Below the pieces are notes generated by a model. That model ran no database searches, was not told the DNA's origin, and saw nothing but the letters and a program-made list of their open reading frames with translations. Positions 43,328 through 54,463 of a stretch of DNA of 64,000 bases are shown piece by piece. The DNA lies in assembly GCA_034520945.1 (NCBI GenBank), contig JAXHNB010000005.1:831529-895528 (forward strand). The letters run 5' to 3'. Both the position numbers and the translations under genes were made by a program. Every line of letters starts with the position of its first letter. Position 1 is the first letter of the stretch. This stretch comes from Trueperaceae bacterium (GTDB lineage: Bacteria; Deinococcota; Deinococci; Deinococcales; Trueperaceae).

Positions 43328-44133
43328 TTCCGCTGGTGCTCCTGGACCTGGACGGCACGCTGATCGGCGAGGGCGGGACGGTGCGGCCGTGCGTGTGGGA
43401 CGCTGCCGCGGCGGCGCGCAACGCCGGCGTGCGCTTGGCGGTCTGCACCGGCCGGCCCGGCTTCGGGATCGCCGCCCGCGTGGCGCGGGAGCTGGACCCC
43501 GGCACGCCGCACATCTTCCAGAACGGGGCGCAGGTCATCTACATCGACGGCGACACCGTCCAGGTGAGCGCCCTGCGCCAGAGGTCGACGGAGCGCCTGG
43601 TGCGGCACGCCCGCGAGCGTGGACTGGTGCTCGAGCTGTACACGCCCGACGCCCTCTACGTCGAGCGTCGCACCGAGATCAGCACCGCCCACGCCAAGAT
43701 GATCGGGGTGAACGCGATCGTGCGGGACCTCGCGGGGGTGGCGGCGGACGAACCGGTGGTGCGGGCCCAGTGGGTGGTCGGGCACGACCGCATCGACGAG
43801 GCGTTGGAGATCGAGGTCGACGGCGTCGACGCGGGCGTCGCCACCAGCCCCGCGCTGAAGGACACCTACTTCGTCAGCCTGACGCGTACCGGCGTCAGCA
43901 AGGGCAGCGCCGCCACGCTGTTGTGCAAGCGGCTGGAGATCGACCCGGCCCACGCGATGGCGGTCGGGGACAGCCTCGGCGACGCCTCGATGCTGGACGC
44001 CGTCGGGCACCCGCGCGTGATGGGCGATGCGCCGGCCGAGATGTTGGCGCGCTACCCGCATCATCTCGGCACGACCGAGACCTGTGGCGCGGCTGCGGCG
44101 TTGGAGGAGGCGGTCCGCGCGCGGCGGCGCTGA
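43324..44133 (+). CDS. Cof-type HAD hydrolase
   Basis: DLDGTL, CTGR, SKG, GDSLGD. Confidence 0.9.
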
Positions 44134-44172
44134 GGGGCGGGCCTGCGGGGCGGCGTTGGTACACTTCGCGCC

Positions 44173-45474
44173 ATGGACGCCCCCACCGCCATCGCAGATC
44201 TTCCCGCTTCGCTGGGCCGCCCCGTCCGCGTGGAGGGGTGGCTGACCGGCCTCCGCTCCAGCGGCAAGATCGCCTTTCTGCAGCTCCGGGACGGCAGCGG
44301 CTTCGTGCAGGCGGTGCTGCCGGCCGACGCCGTGGACGAGGCGACCTTCCAACAGGCGCGGCGCTTGTCGCAGGAGTCGGCGCTGCGCGTCATCGGCGAG
44401 GTGTCGGAGGACCGCCGCGCCCCCAGCGGCGTCGAGATCCAGGTGCACGGACTGGAGGTCGTGGCGGAGGGCGGCGCGTACCCCATCACCCCCAAGGAGC
44501 ACGGCGTCGACTTCCTGTTCGAGCATCGGCACCTGCACCTTCGCCACAAGGGACCGTGGGCGATGATGCGGGTGCGGGACACGATCGAGCGCGCCATCCA
44601 CGACTTCTTCGCCGAGCGGGGCTTCCTTCGCTTCGACACGCCCCTGTTCATGCCGACCGCCGTCGAGGGCACCACCAACCTGTTCTCCATCGACCTGTTC
44701 GGCGAAGGCTCCGCCTACCTGGCGCAGTCCGGGCAGTTGTACGCGGAGGCGGGCGCGTTGGCGTTCGGCAAGGTCTACACCTTCGGGCCGACCTTCCGTG
44801 CCGAGAAGAGCAAGACACGGCGGCACCTGCTGGAGTTCTGGATGGTGGAACCCGAGGTCGCCTGGCTGGACCACGACGGCAACGTCGCGCTGCAGGAGGC
44901 GTTCGTGGCCTACCTGGCGGGCCGCGTGCTGGAGGAGCGACGCCCCGAGCTCGACATGTTGGGCCGCGACCCCGCCGCGCTGGAGACGACGGCGGGCGGC
45001 GGGTTCGCCCGCATCAGCTACGACCGGGCGCTGGAGCTGCTGGCCGCGGCCGGGCACGAGCTCGCCTGGGGCGACGACTTCGGTGCCCCCCACGAGACCC
45101 TCCTGGGCGACGCCTTTGGGCGCCCGGTGTTCGTGGAGGCGTGGCCGGCCGAGGCGAAGGCGTTCTACATGGAGCCGTACCCAAATGATCCCACCCGCTC
45201 GAAGTGCGCCGACCTGATCGCGCCGGAAGGGTACGGCGAGATCATCGGCGGTTCGGAACGAATCCACGATCCGGCGCTGCTGGAGGCGCGCATCGAGGCC
45301 CACCGCTTGCCGCGCGATGCGTTCGCCTGGTACCTCGACCTTCGGCGCCACGGCAGCGTCCCGCACAGCGGCTTCGGCATGGGCCTGGAGCGGCTCCTCG
45401 CCTGGTTCACCGGCGCGCAGCACCTCCGCGAGGTGGTGCCGTTCCCGCGCATGCTGACGCGCATGTACCCCTGA
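44173..45474 (+). CDS. asnS: Asparaginyl-tRNA synthetase
   Basis: [46 protein letters not shown]. Confidence 0.96.
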   Translation: MDAPTAIADLPASLGRPVRVEGWLTGLRSSGKIAFLQLRDGSGFVQAVLPADAVDEATFQQARRLSQESALRVIGEVSEDRRAPSGVEIQVHGLEVVAEGGAYPITPKEHGVDFLFEHRHLHLRHKGPWAMMRVRDTIERAIHDFFAERGFLRFDTPLFMPTAVEGTTNLFSIDLFGEGSAYLAQSGQLYAEAGALAFGKVYTFGPTFRAEKSKTRRHLLEFWMVEPEVAWLDHDGNVALQEAFVAYLAGRVLEERRPELDMLGRDPAALETTAGGGFARISYDRALELLAAAGHELAWGDDFGAPHETLLGDAFGRPVFVEAWPAEAKAFYMEPYPNDPTRSKCADLIAPEGYGEIIGGSERIHDPALLEARIEAHRLPRDAFAWYLDLRRHGSVPHSGFGMGLERLLAWFTGAQHLREVVPFPRMLTRMYP

Positions 45475-45500
45475 GCGATCGCGGGACGCGCGCGTGGGCG

Positions 45501-46097
45501 TCAATCCAGGGTGGAGGGGGCGGCCAGGTGGGACGGCCACGGCCTGCCGGCACGTCCCTCGCGCAGGTAGGCGGTCCGCTCGATCCCCTGCTCCAGGAGG
45601 GTGCGCTCCAGTGAGCCCAGGATCTGTCGTTCCTGCGCGACGTCCAGCGGCGCGTCGTGCGCCGGGAGGTCCAGGACGGCGGCGGGGCGGCGTTCCACCT
45701 CGAGGGCGAACACCTGCGGACTCGGGAGGTCCGGCGGCCACGTCCCCTCCTCCACCATCACCGCGCGCACCGCGTCGACCAGCGCCTGCAGGCGCGCCCC
45801 TTCCCCTCCGGCATCGACCACCTCCCGGCGGACGGGGCGCGCCGCTCCGTTCTCGTCCAGGACGTAGACCGTGGCTTCGGTGCGCGGCGGGTTTTCCGGT
45901 GCCTCCGCCGGTACGCGGAGGTCCGGCACCTCGGCCGGGGGTCGGGGCGGCTCGGCGCGCAGGAAGGTCACGCCGGTCACCAGGACGGCCAGGAGCGGCA
46001 GGATCACCTGAGGCGACGCCCAGTGAATGCCGCCGGGTCCGGGCAGCGTCGGCCCGCCCTGCGCGTCGCGCCGGGCGCGGTCCGAGTCGGACCTCAC
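45501..46097 (-). CDS. GerMN-like membrane-anchored protein
   Basis: GTG coupled to amidase stop; TM helix; AVLDL...E..ILGSL.RTL. Confidence 0.65.
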   Translation of the reverse strand: MRSDSDRARRDAQGGPTLPGPGGIHWASPQVILPLLAVLVTGVTFLRAEPPRPPAEVPDLRVPAEAPENPPRTEATVYVLDENGAARPVRREVVDAGGEGARLQALVDAVRAVMVEEGTWPPDLPSPQVFALEVERRPAAVLDLPAHDAPLDVAQERQILGSLERTLLEQGIERTAYLREGRAGRPWPSHLAAPSTLD

Positions 46098-47449
46098 TGC
46101 GCCCCCGAGGCGGCGCTGCGCACGGCGGCCGCCAGCACCTCCGGCAGGTCCGGATCGCGAAGGTCGTCCAGGGCGAACTCCAGCAGCACGCCCCGCCCCG
46201 CCGCTCCCTCCAGCAGCGCCAGCGGTGCGGCCTCCACCTCGCCGGCGCGGTAGCCGCCGACCTGGAACAACGCCGTGGCGATGGCGCGGCCGTAGCGGCG
46301 GCCCAATTCCAGGTCGGGCACCAGGCCCAGCAGGATGCGGCGGCGCAGTTCGTCCTCCACGCCCGCATTCAGCGCTTCGCGCGCGTTGCGGCGGATCGCA
46401 GCGCGCATCACCGCCTCTTCGGCGGCCTCGCCCAGCACCCACACGCGCACCTCGCCGCTGGGGAGGTCGGCGGCGTGCAGGGACAGGAACAGGTCGGCGT
46501 CGGCCGCGGCCGAGAGGCGTTGGGCGTGCGGCACGTCCCCGGCCGCCTGCCGGGTGAGACGGACCGAGACGCCCTCGCGCTCCAGGCGTTCGGCCACCGC
46601 GCGCGCCAACGACAGGGTCGCTTCGCCCTCGCCCGGCAGGCCGCTGCCCGCCCCGTGCCCGGGGTCGAGCACCACGCTCAGATCGGTCTCGCCTCGTAAT
46701 TCGTCCGGCGTGTCGCTGGCGGGTTGGACCCGGATGCGCACCTCGCTGCCGCGGCCGGCCGCCAAGGTCGTCACCTCGAGGGTCGCACCGGGCGCGTCGA
46801 TGCGGACGCGGACCCCTTGACCCGCCGGGATCAGGTCGGCGCGGCGGATCCAGGTGCCGGCCAGGCTCTCGGCCTGCGTCAGGCGTGCTCGGCGCAACGT
46901 GATCTCGGTGACGCCGACCGCCGCGTCGTCGAAGCGGTGCCAGGCGACCGGCCCGTCCAGGGAGATTCGGAGCAGGTCGAAGCCGTCGCGGCGTTCCAGC
47001 GTAACGTCGTTCACGCTCGGGCGGGGCGTGACGATGACCACGGCGTCGCGCTCCGCCAGGTAGGAGATGCTGGCACCGAACGCCCGCACCACCGGCGCGA
47101 CCGGCACCCACACCGCGTCGTCGCCGCGGATGGCGGCCAGGTCACCGACGGGGCTGCCGTCCAGCCGGACGGCGCCCGTGACGCCGGCCTCGTCGCCGAA
47201 GGGTACGACGCCCAGTTGGAGGACGTGCCCGCTGAACAGCAGCGCGACGGTGTCCGACCCGACGGGGGCGGCCAATCGCGCGCCGAGTTCCTCCGCCAGC
47301 CGGTCGGCCGGCGCGTAGCTGTTGCCGGGCACGAGATCGGTCCGCACCTCGCCGGCGGGGCGACCGTCGATGAGCAACGAAGACTGAGCGAACGCCGCGC
47401 CCCACGCAAGGAGACCCGACAGAACGGCGAGGCGCAGCACGGTTCTCAT
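46094..47449 (-). CDS. N-acetylmuramoyl-L-alanine amidase (Amidase_3) with N-terminal domains
   Basis: Signal peptide; VLDPGHG, E...L.LA, VRLTR, LFLSLHA, VLLE. Confidence 0.85.
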   Translation of the reverse strand: MRTVLRLAVLSGLLAWGAAFAQSSLLIDGRPAGEVRTDLVPGNSYAPADRLAEELGARLAAPVGSDTVALLFSGHVLQLGVVPFGDEAGVTGAVRLDGSPVGDLAAIRGDDAVWVPVAPVVRAFGASISYLAERDAVVIVTPRPSVNDVTLERRDGFDLLRISLDGPVAWHRFDDAAVGVTEITLRRARLTQAESLAGTWIRRADLIPAGQGVRVRIDAPGATLEVTTLAAGRGSEVRIRVQPASDTPDELRGETDLSVVLDPGHGAGSGLPGEGEATLSLARAVAERLEREGVSVRLTRQAAGDVPHAQRLSAAADADLFLSLHAADLPSGEVRVWVLGEAAEEAVMRAAIRRNAREALNAGVEDELRRRILLGLVPDLELGRRYGRAIATALFQVGGYRAGEVEAAPLALLEGAAGRGVLLEFALDDLRDPDLPEVLAAAVRSAASGAQ

Positions 47450-47453
47450 CGGC

Positions 47454-47885
47454 TCAGTTCCCGACGTAGCGGTCGATCTGCTTCCGAACTTCCTTCTCGC
47501 GTTCCGCGCGACGCTTGTCGTGCTTCTTGCGCCCGCGGGCCACGTGGATCTTCACCTTCGCCCACCCGTCCTTGAAGTACAGCTTGGTGGGGACGCAGGT
47601 CAGGCCGCCTCGCTGCTGGGCACGCGCGATTTCGGCGATCTCGCGCTTCTTCAACAGCAGCTTGCGGGGCCGCTTCTGCTCGTGGTTGTTGTAGCTCGCC
47701 TGCTCGTAGAGGGGGATGGTCATGTTCTCTAGCCATGCCTCGCCGCCCGCGACCCGCACGTACGCTTCGGCGATGCTGCCACCGCCCTGACGCAACGACT
47801 TGACTTCGCTGCCGGTGAGGCGCAGGCCGGCTTCGTAGCCGTCCAGCAGGTCGTAGTCGAAGCGAGCGCGTCGGTTGGTGAGCAT
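47454..47885 (-). CDS. smpB: SsrA-binding protein
   Basis: NRRARFDY, EAGL.L.GSEVKSLR, RKLLL, RGRKKHDKR. Confidence 0.96.
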   Translation of the reverse strand: MLTNRRARFDYDLLDGYEAGLRLTGSEVKSLRQGGGSIAEAYVRVAGGEAWLENMTIPLYEQASYNNHEQKRPRKLLLKKREIAEIARAQQRGGLTCVPTKLYFKDGWAKVKIHVARGRKKHDKRRAEREKEVRKQIDRYVGN

Positions 47886-48023
47886 CGGTCCTCCCTCGCG
47901 TGCCGCGACGGCACGGGTACGGCATCCAACCACGCCCCGTGCCGCGCGCGTGTCGTAGTCGCCACGCATCTCCGCCTTTGTCCAGCGCGGGGGCGGGATG
48001 CGTCCAGGCGACGGCGGGCGTCG

Positions 48024-50276
48024 TCACTCCAGGACCTCTCCGATGTCGCGAGGGTCGACCTCGACGCGGACGCGGGCGCCCTTCAGACCTTGGTCGAAGC
48101 CGCTGGCCAATAGCGCCCGGCGGCGCGCGTCCGAATCGGTCCGAAGCAGGAGCTGGACCCAGCTGCGACCCCGCATGCGGGCGACGGGCGCGGCCGCCGG
48201 CCCCAACAGCTCCTCGGGCGTCGCCCCCTCCAGCGCCAGTCGATCCCGAGCCGTCCGCGCTGCCGCCCATGCGGCCTCCTGCCGGCGGGCCGAGAACTGG
48301 ACCCGCGCCAGGAAGCCGTGGGGCGGGTACCCGAAGCGGCGTCGGCGCGCGTCCATGGCGTCGGTCTGCGCCTCGATGGCGGCCGCCTCGCCCGCCTCCA
48401 GGGCCGCCAGCACCGGGTGCTCGGGGGCGAAGGTCTGGATCAGCCCCAACGGCGCGCGACGGCCGGCCACCTCCCCCAGTGTCAGCAGAGTGCGGAGCGC
48501 CCGTTCGTCGGCTCGGAAGTCGTCCGCGTGCAGGGTGCCGTCGATCTGCGTCACGCCGATCAACGACAGCACCGGCAGCGGCGCCAGTCGCAGGAGCGCG
48601 GTGGTGCCGACCACCACGCCCGGCGCGCCGCCCTGCAGGGGCGCCAGGTCGTCCCGCACGTCCGCGTCCCAGCGGTAGGCGCTCAGCGCCGGGAGCGCCT
48701 CCCGCACCGCGCGCAGCACCCACTCGGCGCCCGCGGCGCGCTGGGCGTCCAGGTCGACGCCGCCGCACGACGGGCAGCGCGCCGGGGCGCCCTGGTCGTG
48801 GCCGCACTGGTGGCAGCGCAGGCGGCCGTCGTGGGCGTGCCAGCGGAGCGCCAGGTCGCAGTTCGGGCACATCACCACCGCGCCGCAGTCCCGGCAGCCC
48901 AACGCCGCCGAATAGCCGCGCCGCGGCACCAGCAGCACCGCCTGTCGCTCGCGCGCCTGCACCTGCCGCAACACGCGGATCAGGTCGTCGGACAGGGGCC
49001 AGGCGTGGGTTCGTGCCAGGTCGGTGGTGCGCCACCGGACCGGCGGCGGGGCCAGGGTGATGCGGCGGCCCTGCCCGCCGCCCAGGGCGGACGCCTCGGG
49101 CCCGAGCAGGGGGTCCAGGCAGGCCATGGCGACGCCGTGGGCGTCGGCCCAGGAGACCGCCGCCTCCGGCACCCAGGTGCGGGCGTGGCCGCGGAGCTTG
49201 TAGGCGTCGTTTCCGGCTTCGAGCAGGCTCAGCCGGCCGGGCCGCGCGAGCGGCACGCCCAGCGTCGGCCAGGTGCCCAGCCACACGCGGGGCGCGCCGT
49301 CCCGCGCCATCTCGTCGGTGGCGAGGCGGACGCGGTCGTCGTCGCTGGCGCGGGGCAGGACGGTGTCCACCTCGTTGGCCAGCCAGCCGGCCGCCTCTTC
49401 GGCGACCCGCCGTTCCGGCGCCAGCAGCATCGGACTGCGGCCGGCCGCCAGCTCGGCGCGCAGGGCGGGCAGCAGCGCCCGGAGCCTGGCGGCGCGCGTG
49501 CCCCCGCCGATGCGGAGCCATGTCTCCTCGCTGGGTGCGTCGGGTCCGTCCGGCCCCTCCGGCCAGGGGACCGGCGGCGGTGGGGCCGCGGGCGCGGCCG
49601 GCGGGTAGGGCCGATCCTCGTACGTCGCGAGGCCCTTGGCGACCAGCCCGCGGACGGAGGCGTCGGGCACCCCCGCGGCGCGGGCCAGCGCGGCGGCGCT
49701 CTCCGCCTCGCCGTCCGCCCGAAGCTGCGCCAGGGCGGCCCGTTGCCGTGCGCGGGAGGCGCCGTCCAGCTCGCCTTCCTGCGGGGTGCGGCCGGGCCGG
49801 AGCACCGTGCGGGTCGGGGTGGCGATCTCGACCCGCTCGTCCAACAGGCCCTGGTCCCTGAGCAGGTCCCGCCGCTCCGGGTCCAGCGCGGCGGCGTCCT
49901 GCCAGGATCCCGCCGCCGGGGCGTCCTGGTCCAGCGTTCGCACGCGGTGGCGGAGCGGCAGGCGCAGGCCGGGCAGGCCCAGGCTGGCCAGCACCACCCC
50001 CGGCGGGGCCGCGCTGCGACCGGCCTCCTCCAGGAGCCACGCCACGGTGGCGGGCGGCAGGTGGGGCGCCGCGTCTAGCCAGTCGAGCGCCTCCTTCAGC
50101 TCCATCGCCCGGGCGGCGGCGACCTCCTCCAGGCCGGTCACGATGCCGGCCCGGACGGCCCCCTGCCACGGCACCACCATGCGCGCGCCGACCGCCCCGC
50201 GGGGACGGCCGTACGGCAGCAGCCACCGAAGCGGCGCCAGCGGCAAGGGAAGCAACACGTCCGCGGCCCACGGCAC
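48024..50276 (-). CDS. priA: Primosomal protein N' (helicase motifs degenerate)
   Basis: RRGYS, four CxxC pairs (CRDC, CPNC, CHQC, CPSC), DFRADER, QTF.PEHP, RR.FGYPP, GPAAAP, VDP. Confidence 0.9.
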   Translation of the reverse strand: MPWAADVLLPLPLAPLRWLLPYGRPRGAVGARMVVPWQGAVRAGIVTGLEEVAAARAMELKEALDWLDAAPHLPPATVAWLLEEAGRSAAPPGVVLASLGLPGLRLPLRHRVRTLDQDAPAAGSWQDAAALDPERRDLLRDQGLLDERVEIATPTRTVLRPGRTPQEGELDGASRARQRAALAQLRADGEAESAAALARAAGVPDASVRGLVAKGLATYEDRPYPPAAPAAPPPPVPWPEGPDGPDAPSEETWLRIGGGTRAARLRALLPALRAELAAGRSPMLLAPERRVAEEAAGWLANEVDTVLPRASDDDRVRLATDEMARDGAPRVWLGTWPTLGVPLARPGRLSLLEAGNDAYKLRGHARTWVPEAAVSWADAHGVAMACLDPLLGPEASALGGGQGRRITLAPPPVRWRTTDLARTHAWPLSDDLIRVLRQVQARERQAVLLVPRRGYSAALGCRDCGAVVMCPNCDLALRWHAHDGRLRCHQCGHDQGAPARCPSCGGVDLDAQRAAGAEWVLRAVREALPALSAYRWDADVRDDLAPLQGGAPGVVVGTTALLRLAPLPVLSLIGVTQIDGTLHADDFRADERALRTLLTLGEVAGRRAPLGLIQTFAPEHPVLAALEAGEAAAIEAQTDAMDARRRRFGYPPHGFLARVQFSARRQEAAWAAARTARDRLALEGATPEELLGPAAAPVARMRGRSWVQLLLRTDSDARRRALLASGFDQGLKGARVRVEVDPRDIGEVLE

Positions 50277-50407
50277 GGACGGGAGTCTACCGCAGCCTGC
50301 CGAGCCGGCCCCGTGGCGCCATGGAAGGCGGCCGCACGCCCGTGGGCACGCGGCCGCAGCGCCACGACCGGGAGCGGGCGGCGCGGGTCTGGTTCAGGGG
50401 GCCTCGC

Positions 50408-51373
50408 TCAGGGGGACTGCGCGGGCGGGTTGCCGGCCGCGCCGCTGCCGGTCAGGCTCCGCACGTCCAGAAGAAAGTTGTTGTCGGTCGGCAGCATGAT
50501 CGTCTGCAGGCCGGGGGCCAGCCGCTGGGCGACCTCCAGGCGGATGATCTCGGGGTTGTCGCGGATCGCCTCGCCGCGCAGGCGCAGCGCCTCGGCCTCC
50601 CCTTCGGCGCGGGCGATCGCGGCGTCACGCTCCCCCTCCGCCTCGATGACGCGCCGCTGCGCTGAGATCTCGGCCTGGCGGCGTCGGTTCTCCTCCACCG
50701 CGACCTGCTGCTCGGCCGCCTGCTTCTCCTCGATGGCGGTGGTGATCGATTCGGGGATGCTCACGTCGCGCAGCAGCACCGAGAGGATCGTCACGTTGTC
50801 CTTGCTGAGCGCATTGCGCAGGCTTTCCTCGACCGAGAGCTGCAGGTCGGTCCGTTGCGAGCTGATCAGGTCGGCGGCGTCGTACTGCCCGATCCCGTCG
50901 CGGATCTGCGTCCGCACCTCGGGTCGCACGCGCACCTTCTGGTAGCTGGGGCCGATGTCCTGGTGCAGGCGGGCGACGTTGGTCGGTTCCGGCTGGAACA
51001 GCACGGTGACGTCGACGGTGATCTCGAGCCCCTCCCGGGAGCGGGCGGTGACCGTGTCGTTGGTTTCCGTCGCCAGCGTCAGCTCGTGCTGGCGGATGTC
51101 GTACTGGGTGACCTGTTGCAGGCCCGGGACCACGATGTGGAACCCTTCGCCCAGTTCGTCGTCCTGCACGCCGCCGAACACGTTGAACACCACCCCGACG
51201 TGGCCCGCGGGCACGATCACGAAGGCTTGCGTGAGGGCGCCAACGGCCAGGCCGATGGCGATCATGAAGATGCCGAGGCTGCGGAGGGGGGCGCGGTCGG
51301 TCTGGGCGGCCTGAACGATCAGGAAAACGCCGCCGACGGCCACCACCAGTGCGATGAGAAGAATTAGGTTCAT
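50408..51373 (-). CDS. SPFH/prohibitin family membrane protein
   Basis: Two TMs, IVPAGHVGVVF, AIEEKQAAEQ, AEGEAEA repeats. Confidence 0.9.
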   Translation of the reverse strand: MNLILLIALVVAVGGVFLIVQAAQTDRAPLRSLGIFMIAIGLAVGALTQAFVIVPAGHVGVVFNVFGGVQDDELGEGFHIVVPGLQQVTQYDIRQHELTLATETNDTVTARSREGLEITVDVTVLFQPEPTNVARLHQDIGPSYQKVRVRPEVRTQIRDGIGQYDAADLISSQRTDLQLSVEESLRNALSKDNVTILSVLLRDVSIPESITTAIEEKQAAEQQVAVEENRRRQAEISAQRRVIEAEGERDAAIARAEGEAEALRLRGEAIRDNPEIIRLEVAQRLAPGLQTIMLPTDNNFLLDVRSLTGSGAAGNPPAQSP

Positions 51374-51481
51374 GCCCCCGAGCATACGCACAGTCGGAGG
51401 GGGGCGTGTTCGACCGGTGGACGTCCAAGGTGCGGGGAGGTCAGGGAAGGGCCGGAACGCCCGTGGCGCGCAGCCGTCACC

Positions 51482-53035
51482 TCAGGTGCCCTCGTCGGTG
51501 GCAGGTAGGCCGCGCGCTGCCTCGTCGCTGTTCGCGCCGGTGCGGGTGTTTCCCGTGTCGCCCTGCGGACGGCCGCGCGTGCCGGTGCGTCGGTGCCCGT
51601 CGCCGCGCGTGTCCGTCGTGCTCTCTCCCTGTGGCAGATGCACCGTGAACACGGTCCCTTCGCCCGAGCGGGAGCGGACCTCGACGTCGCCGCCGTGCTG
51701 CTGAACGATCCACCGCACGATCGCCAGGCCCAGCCCGGAGCCGTTGCCGCGGGTGGAGCGGGCGCCGCCCACGCGGTAGAAGCGCTCGAACAGGTGCGGG
51801 ATGGCGTCCTCGGGAATGCCGGGGCCGTCGTCGAGGATCTCCAGCTGCGCCTCGTCCGCCTGCTGCTCCAGCGACATGCGGACGTTGTGCGCGCCGGCGT
51901 TCAGGGCGTTCTGCACCAGGTTGAGGACGACCTGCTTGAGCCGGCCGGCGTCGCCTTGCACCTCGACCACCGGTTCGGGCGCGTCGACCACGACGTTCGC
52001 CTCGCCGGCCACGGGGGCGACCTCCATGTGCACCGCCTCGAGCACCTCGACCAGGTTCATCGGTTCCTTGGCGATCCGGAAGCCCGCGTCGGCCCGGGCC
52101 AACTCCAGCAGGTCGCTGACCAGCTTGCCCATGCGGTCCGCTTCGCGCCGGATCACGGTGAGGCTGTCGACCTGCTCCGGGCTGGGACGGGTACGCCTGA
52201 TCAAGTAGTTGGCGTGCCCGACGATGGCGGTGACGGGGGTCCTGAGCTCGTGGCTGGCGTCGGCCGTGAAGCGGCGCTGCGTCTCGAACGACTCCTGAAG
52301 CCGGTCCAGCATGTGGTTCAGCGTCACGGCCAGCTCGCGCATCTCGTCGTTGCTGGATGGGACGGGCACGCGCTGCGACAGGTCTCGGCCGGTCACGCGG
52401 GCGGCGGCCTGGGTGACCCGCTCCAACGGCCGTAGCACCTGGCGGGACAGCAGGAACACGCCGACCGCGAAGCCGACGAACGCCAGCACCACCGTCAATC
52501 CCAGGTCCTGCGCCAACTGGTCCAGCGTGGCGGTGACGTTGCTGGCTGGAACGCCCACGAACACGGCCGCGGACAGGACGACCTGTTCGGCCGGGAAGCG
52601 CAGCCGGCCGACGTCGCCCAGCACCCGCAGCGACTCGCCGGAGGGCAGCTGCACGCCCACCGTCATGCCGCCGGTGTTCAACATCTCCGTGAGGGCGGCG
52701 TCGCTGAGCAGCGTCACCAGTTCGTCGTCGGTCGGGTTGGGGCGGAACCGGGACGGCTCCACGTACGGCACGCCGTTTCGCACCACCTCGGGGTCGGACG
52801 GCACGTTGCCTTCGCGCCCCAGGATGACCATCTCGTAGTACGCGTCGCCGGGCAGCTTGCGGAGCCCTTCGAGCACCGCGCCGGAGGACAGGTCGGTGAG
52901 GGCCTGCCGGGCGCGCTCCTCCAGCGAGGCGTTGAGGGAGCGTTCGGTCAGGAGGTAGACGGAGACCGCCACGGCCGACAGGACGATGACGAAGAAGGCG
53001 CTGTAGAACAGGGTGAGCCTGAGCCTAAGCGTCAT
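51482..53035 (-). CDS. HAMP-domain sensor histidine kinase
   Basis: Two TMs, ASHELRTP, NLVQNA, DDGPGI, FERFYR, GSGLGL. Confidence 0.93.
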   Translation of the reverse strand: MTLRLRLTLFYSAFFVIVLSAVAVSVYLLTERSLNASLEERARQALTDLSSGAVLEGLRKLPGDAYYEMVILGREGNVPSDPEVVRNGVPYVEPSRFRPNPTDDELVTLLSDAALTEMLNTGGMTVGVQLPSGESLRVLGDVGRLRFPAEQVVLSAAVFVGVPASNVTATLDQLAQDLGLTVVLAFVGFAVGVFLLSRQVLRPLERVTQAAARVTGRDLSQRVPVPSSNDEMRELAVTLNHMLDRLQESFETQRRFTADASHELRTPVTAIVGHANYLIRRTRPSPEQVDSLTVIRREADRMGKLVSDLLELARADAGFRIAKEPMNLVEVLEAVHMEVAPVAGEANVVVDAPEPVVEVQGDAGRLKQVVLNLVQNALNAGAHNVRMSLEQQADEAQLEILDDGPGIPEDAIPHLFERFYRVGGARSTRGNGSGLGLAIVRWIVQQHGGDVEVRSRSGEGTVFTVHLPQGESTTDTRGDGHRRTGTRGRPQGDTGNTRTGANSDEAARGLPATDEGT

Positions 53036-53045
53036 GTGAGCGGCC

Positions 53046-53723
53046 TCACTCTTCGCGCAGGACGTACCCGACGCCGCGCACGGTGTGGATGATGCGGCGC
53101 TCCCCGTCGGCCTCCAACTTGCGGCGCAGGTAGCCGACGTACACGTCGACGACGTTGCTGCCGCCGGTGTACTCGGGCCACACCTTCTCCTCGATCTCGA
53201 AGCGGTTGAACACCTTGCCGGGGTTGCGGGCGAACAGCTCCAGCAGTTCGAACTCCTTGGCGGACAACTCGATGCGGCGTCCGTCGCGGAACGCCTCGCG
53301 CCCGTCGAGGTTCATGACCAGGTCGGCCACGCGCACCTCGCCGGTGACGGAGGGGTTGACACGCCTCAGGTGCGCGCGGACGCGCGCCAGCAGCTCCTCG
53401 ATCGAGAACGGCTTGACCAGGTAGTCGTCCGCGCCGGAATCCAGGCCGACGACCTTGTCGTCGACCGAGTCCTTGGCGGTGAGGATGATGATGGGGGTGT
53501 TGCTGGTCTTGCGAATGCGCCGGGCGACCTCGAGCCCGTCCAACACGGGAAGCATGAGGTCCAGCACGACCAGGTCCGGGTTCAGCTCGCGGAACTTGCT
53601 GAGGCCGGTGACGCCGTCGAACGTCACCACCGTGTCGTACTCCTCGGCCTGGAGTTCGAGATCGATGAACTTCGCGATTTCTTTCTCGTCCTCGACGATG
53701 AGGACCTGCGGCCTGCGCTCCAT
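53046..53723 (-). CDS. OmpR-family response regulator
   Basis: [20 protein letters not shown], wHTH with TVRGVGY. Confidence 0.95.
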   Translation of the reverse strand: MERRPQVLIVEDEKEIAKFIDLELQAEEYDTVVTFDGVTGLSKFRELNPDLVVLDLMLPVLDGLEVARRIRKTSNTPIIILTAKDSVDDKVVGLDSGADDYLVKPFSIEELLARVRAHLRRVNPSVTGEVRVADLVMNLDGREAFRDGRRIELSAKEFELLELFARNPGKVFNRFEIEEKVWPEYTGGSNVVDVYVGYLRRKLEADGERRIIHTVRGVGYVLREE

Positions 53724-53805
53724 GGCCCGAATGGTGGCATACGGATTCATGAGAGCCCTGTGGACCGGCGCAGGCCGGCGGCGCGGTGCGCGGCGGCCGC
53801 CCGCC

Positions 53806-54291
53806 TCAGGCGAGCGGGATGGTCTCCTGCACCACGATCTTTTGGGCCAGCACGTCCCGTGCCCAGGTGTGCGCCCCGTGCAGCGAGTGGTCGCGCCAGT
53901 TGCCGCAGCGTTCCGGGGCGCAGCCGGGGATCTCGCCCTCGTGCGTCGCCACCCCGCGAAGCGCCTCTTCGAACGCGTCGCGCACGCGCTCTGCGTCCGG
54001 CTCGCCCAGCATCACCAGGTAGAAGCCGGTCCGGCAGCCCATGGGGCTGGCGTCCACCACCTCGGTGTCGCCTCCGTCCAGCGCGCCGCGAAGGTAGCCC
54101 GCCAACAGGTGCTCGATGGTGTGCAGCGCCGCGGTAGGGATTTCGCCCCCGTTGGGTTGCACCAGGCGAAGGTCCCACTTGCTGAGCCGGTCGCCGCGCG
54201 GCCCCGCATTGCGGCCGGCCAGCCGAACGTAGGGGGCACGGACCTTGGTGTGGTCCAGGTCGAACGATTCCACGTGCGCAGCCTTGGTCAT
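53806..54291 (-). CDS. luxS: S-ribosylhomocysteine lyase
   Basis: [29 protein letters not shown]. Confidence 0.96.
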   Translation of the reverse strand: MTKAAHVESFDLDHTKVRAPYVRLAGRNAGPRGDRLSKWDLRLVQPNGGEIPTAALHTIEHLLAGYLRGALDGGDTEVVDASPMGCRTGFYLVMLGEPDAERVRDAFEEALRGVATHEGEIPGCAPERCGNWRDHSLHGAHTWARDVLAQKIVVQETIPLA

Positions 54292-54463
54292 GACCGGAGG
54301 ATAGCAGCCGCTCGCGTGGCCGCGCGTCGGCCTCTACGCCGGCGGGCGGTCGCTTCGTGCCGCCGCACGTTCCCCCGGACGTGGCACCGGGCAGCGGGTA
54401 TGCTGGGCGCCGCCGAGCGTTCCCCGCCGTGGGCGGAACGAAGTCCTATATCTTGCTTGCGAG

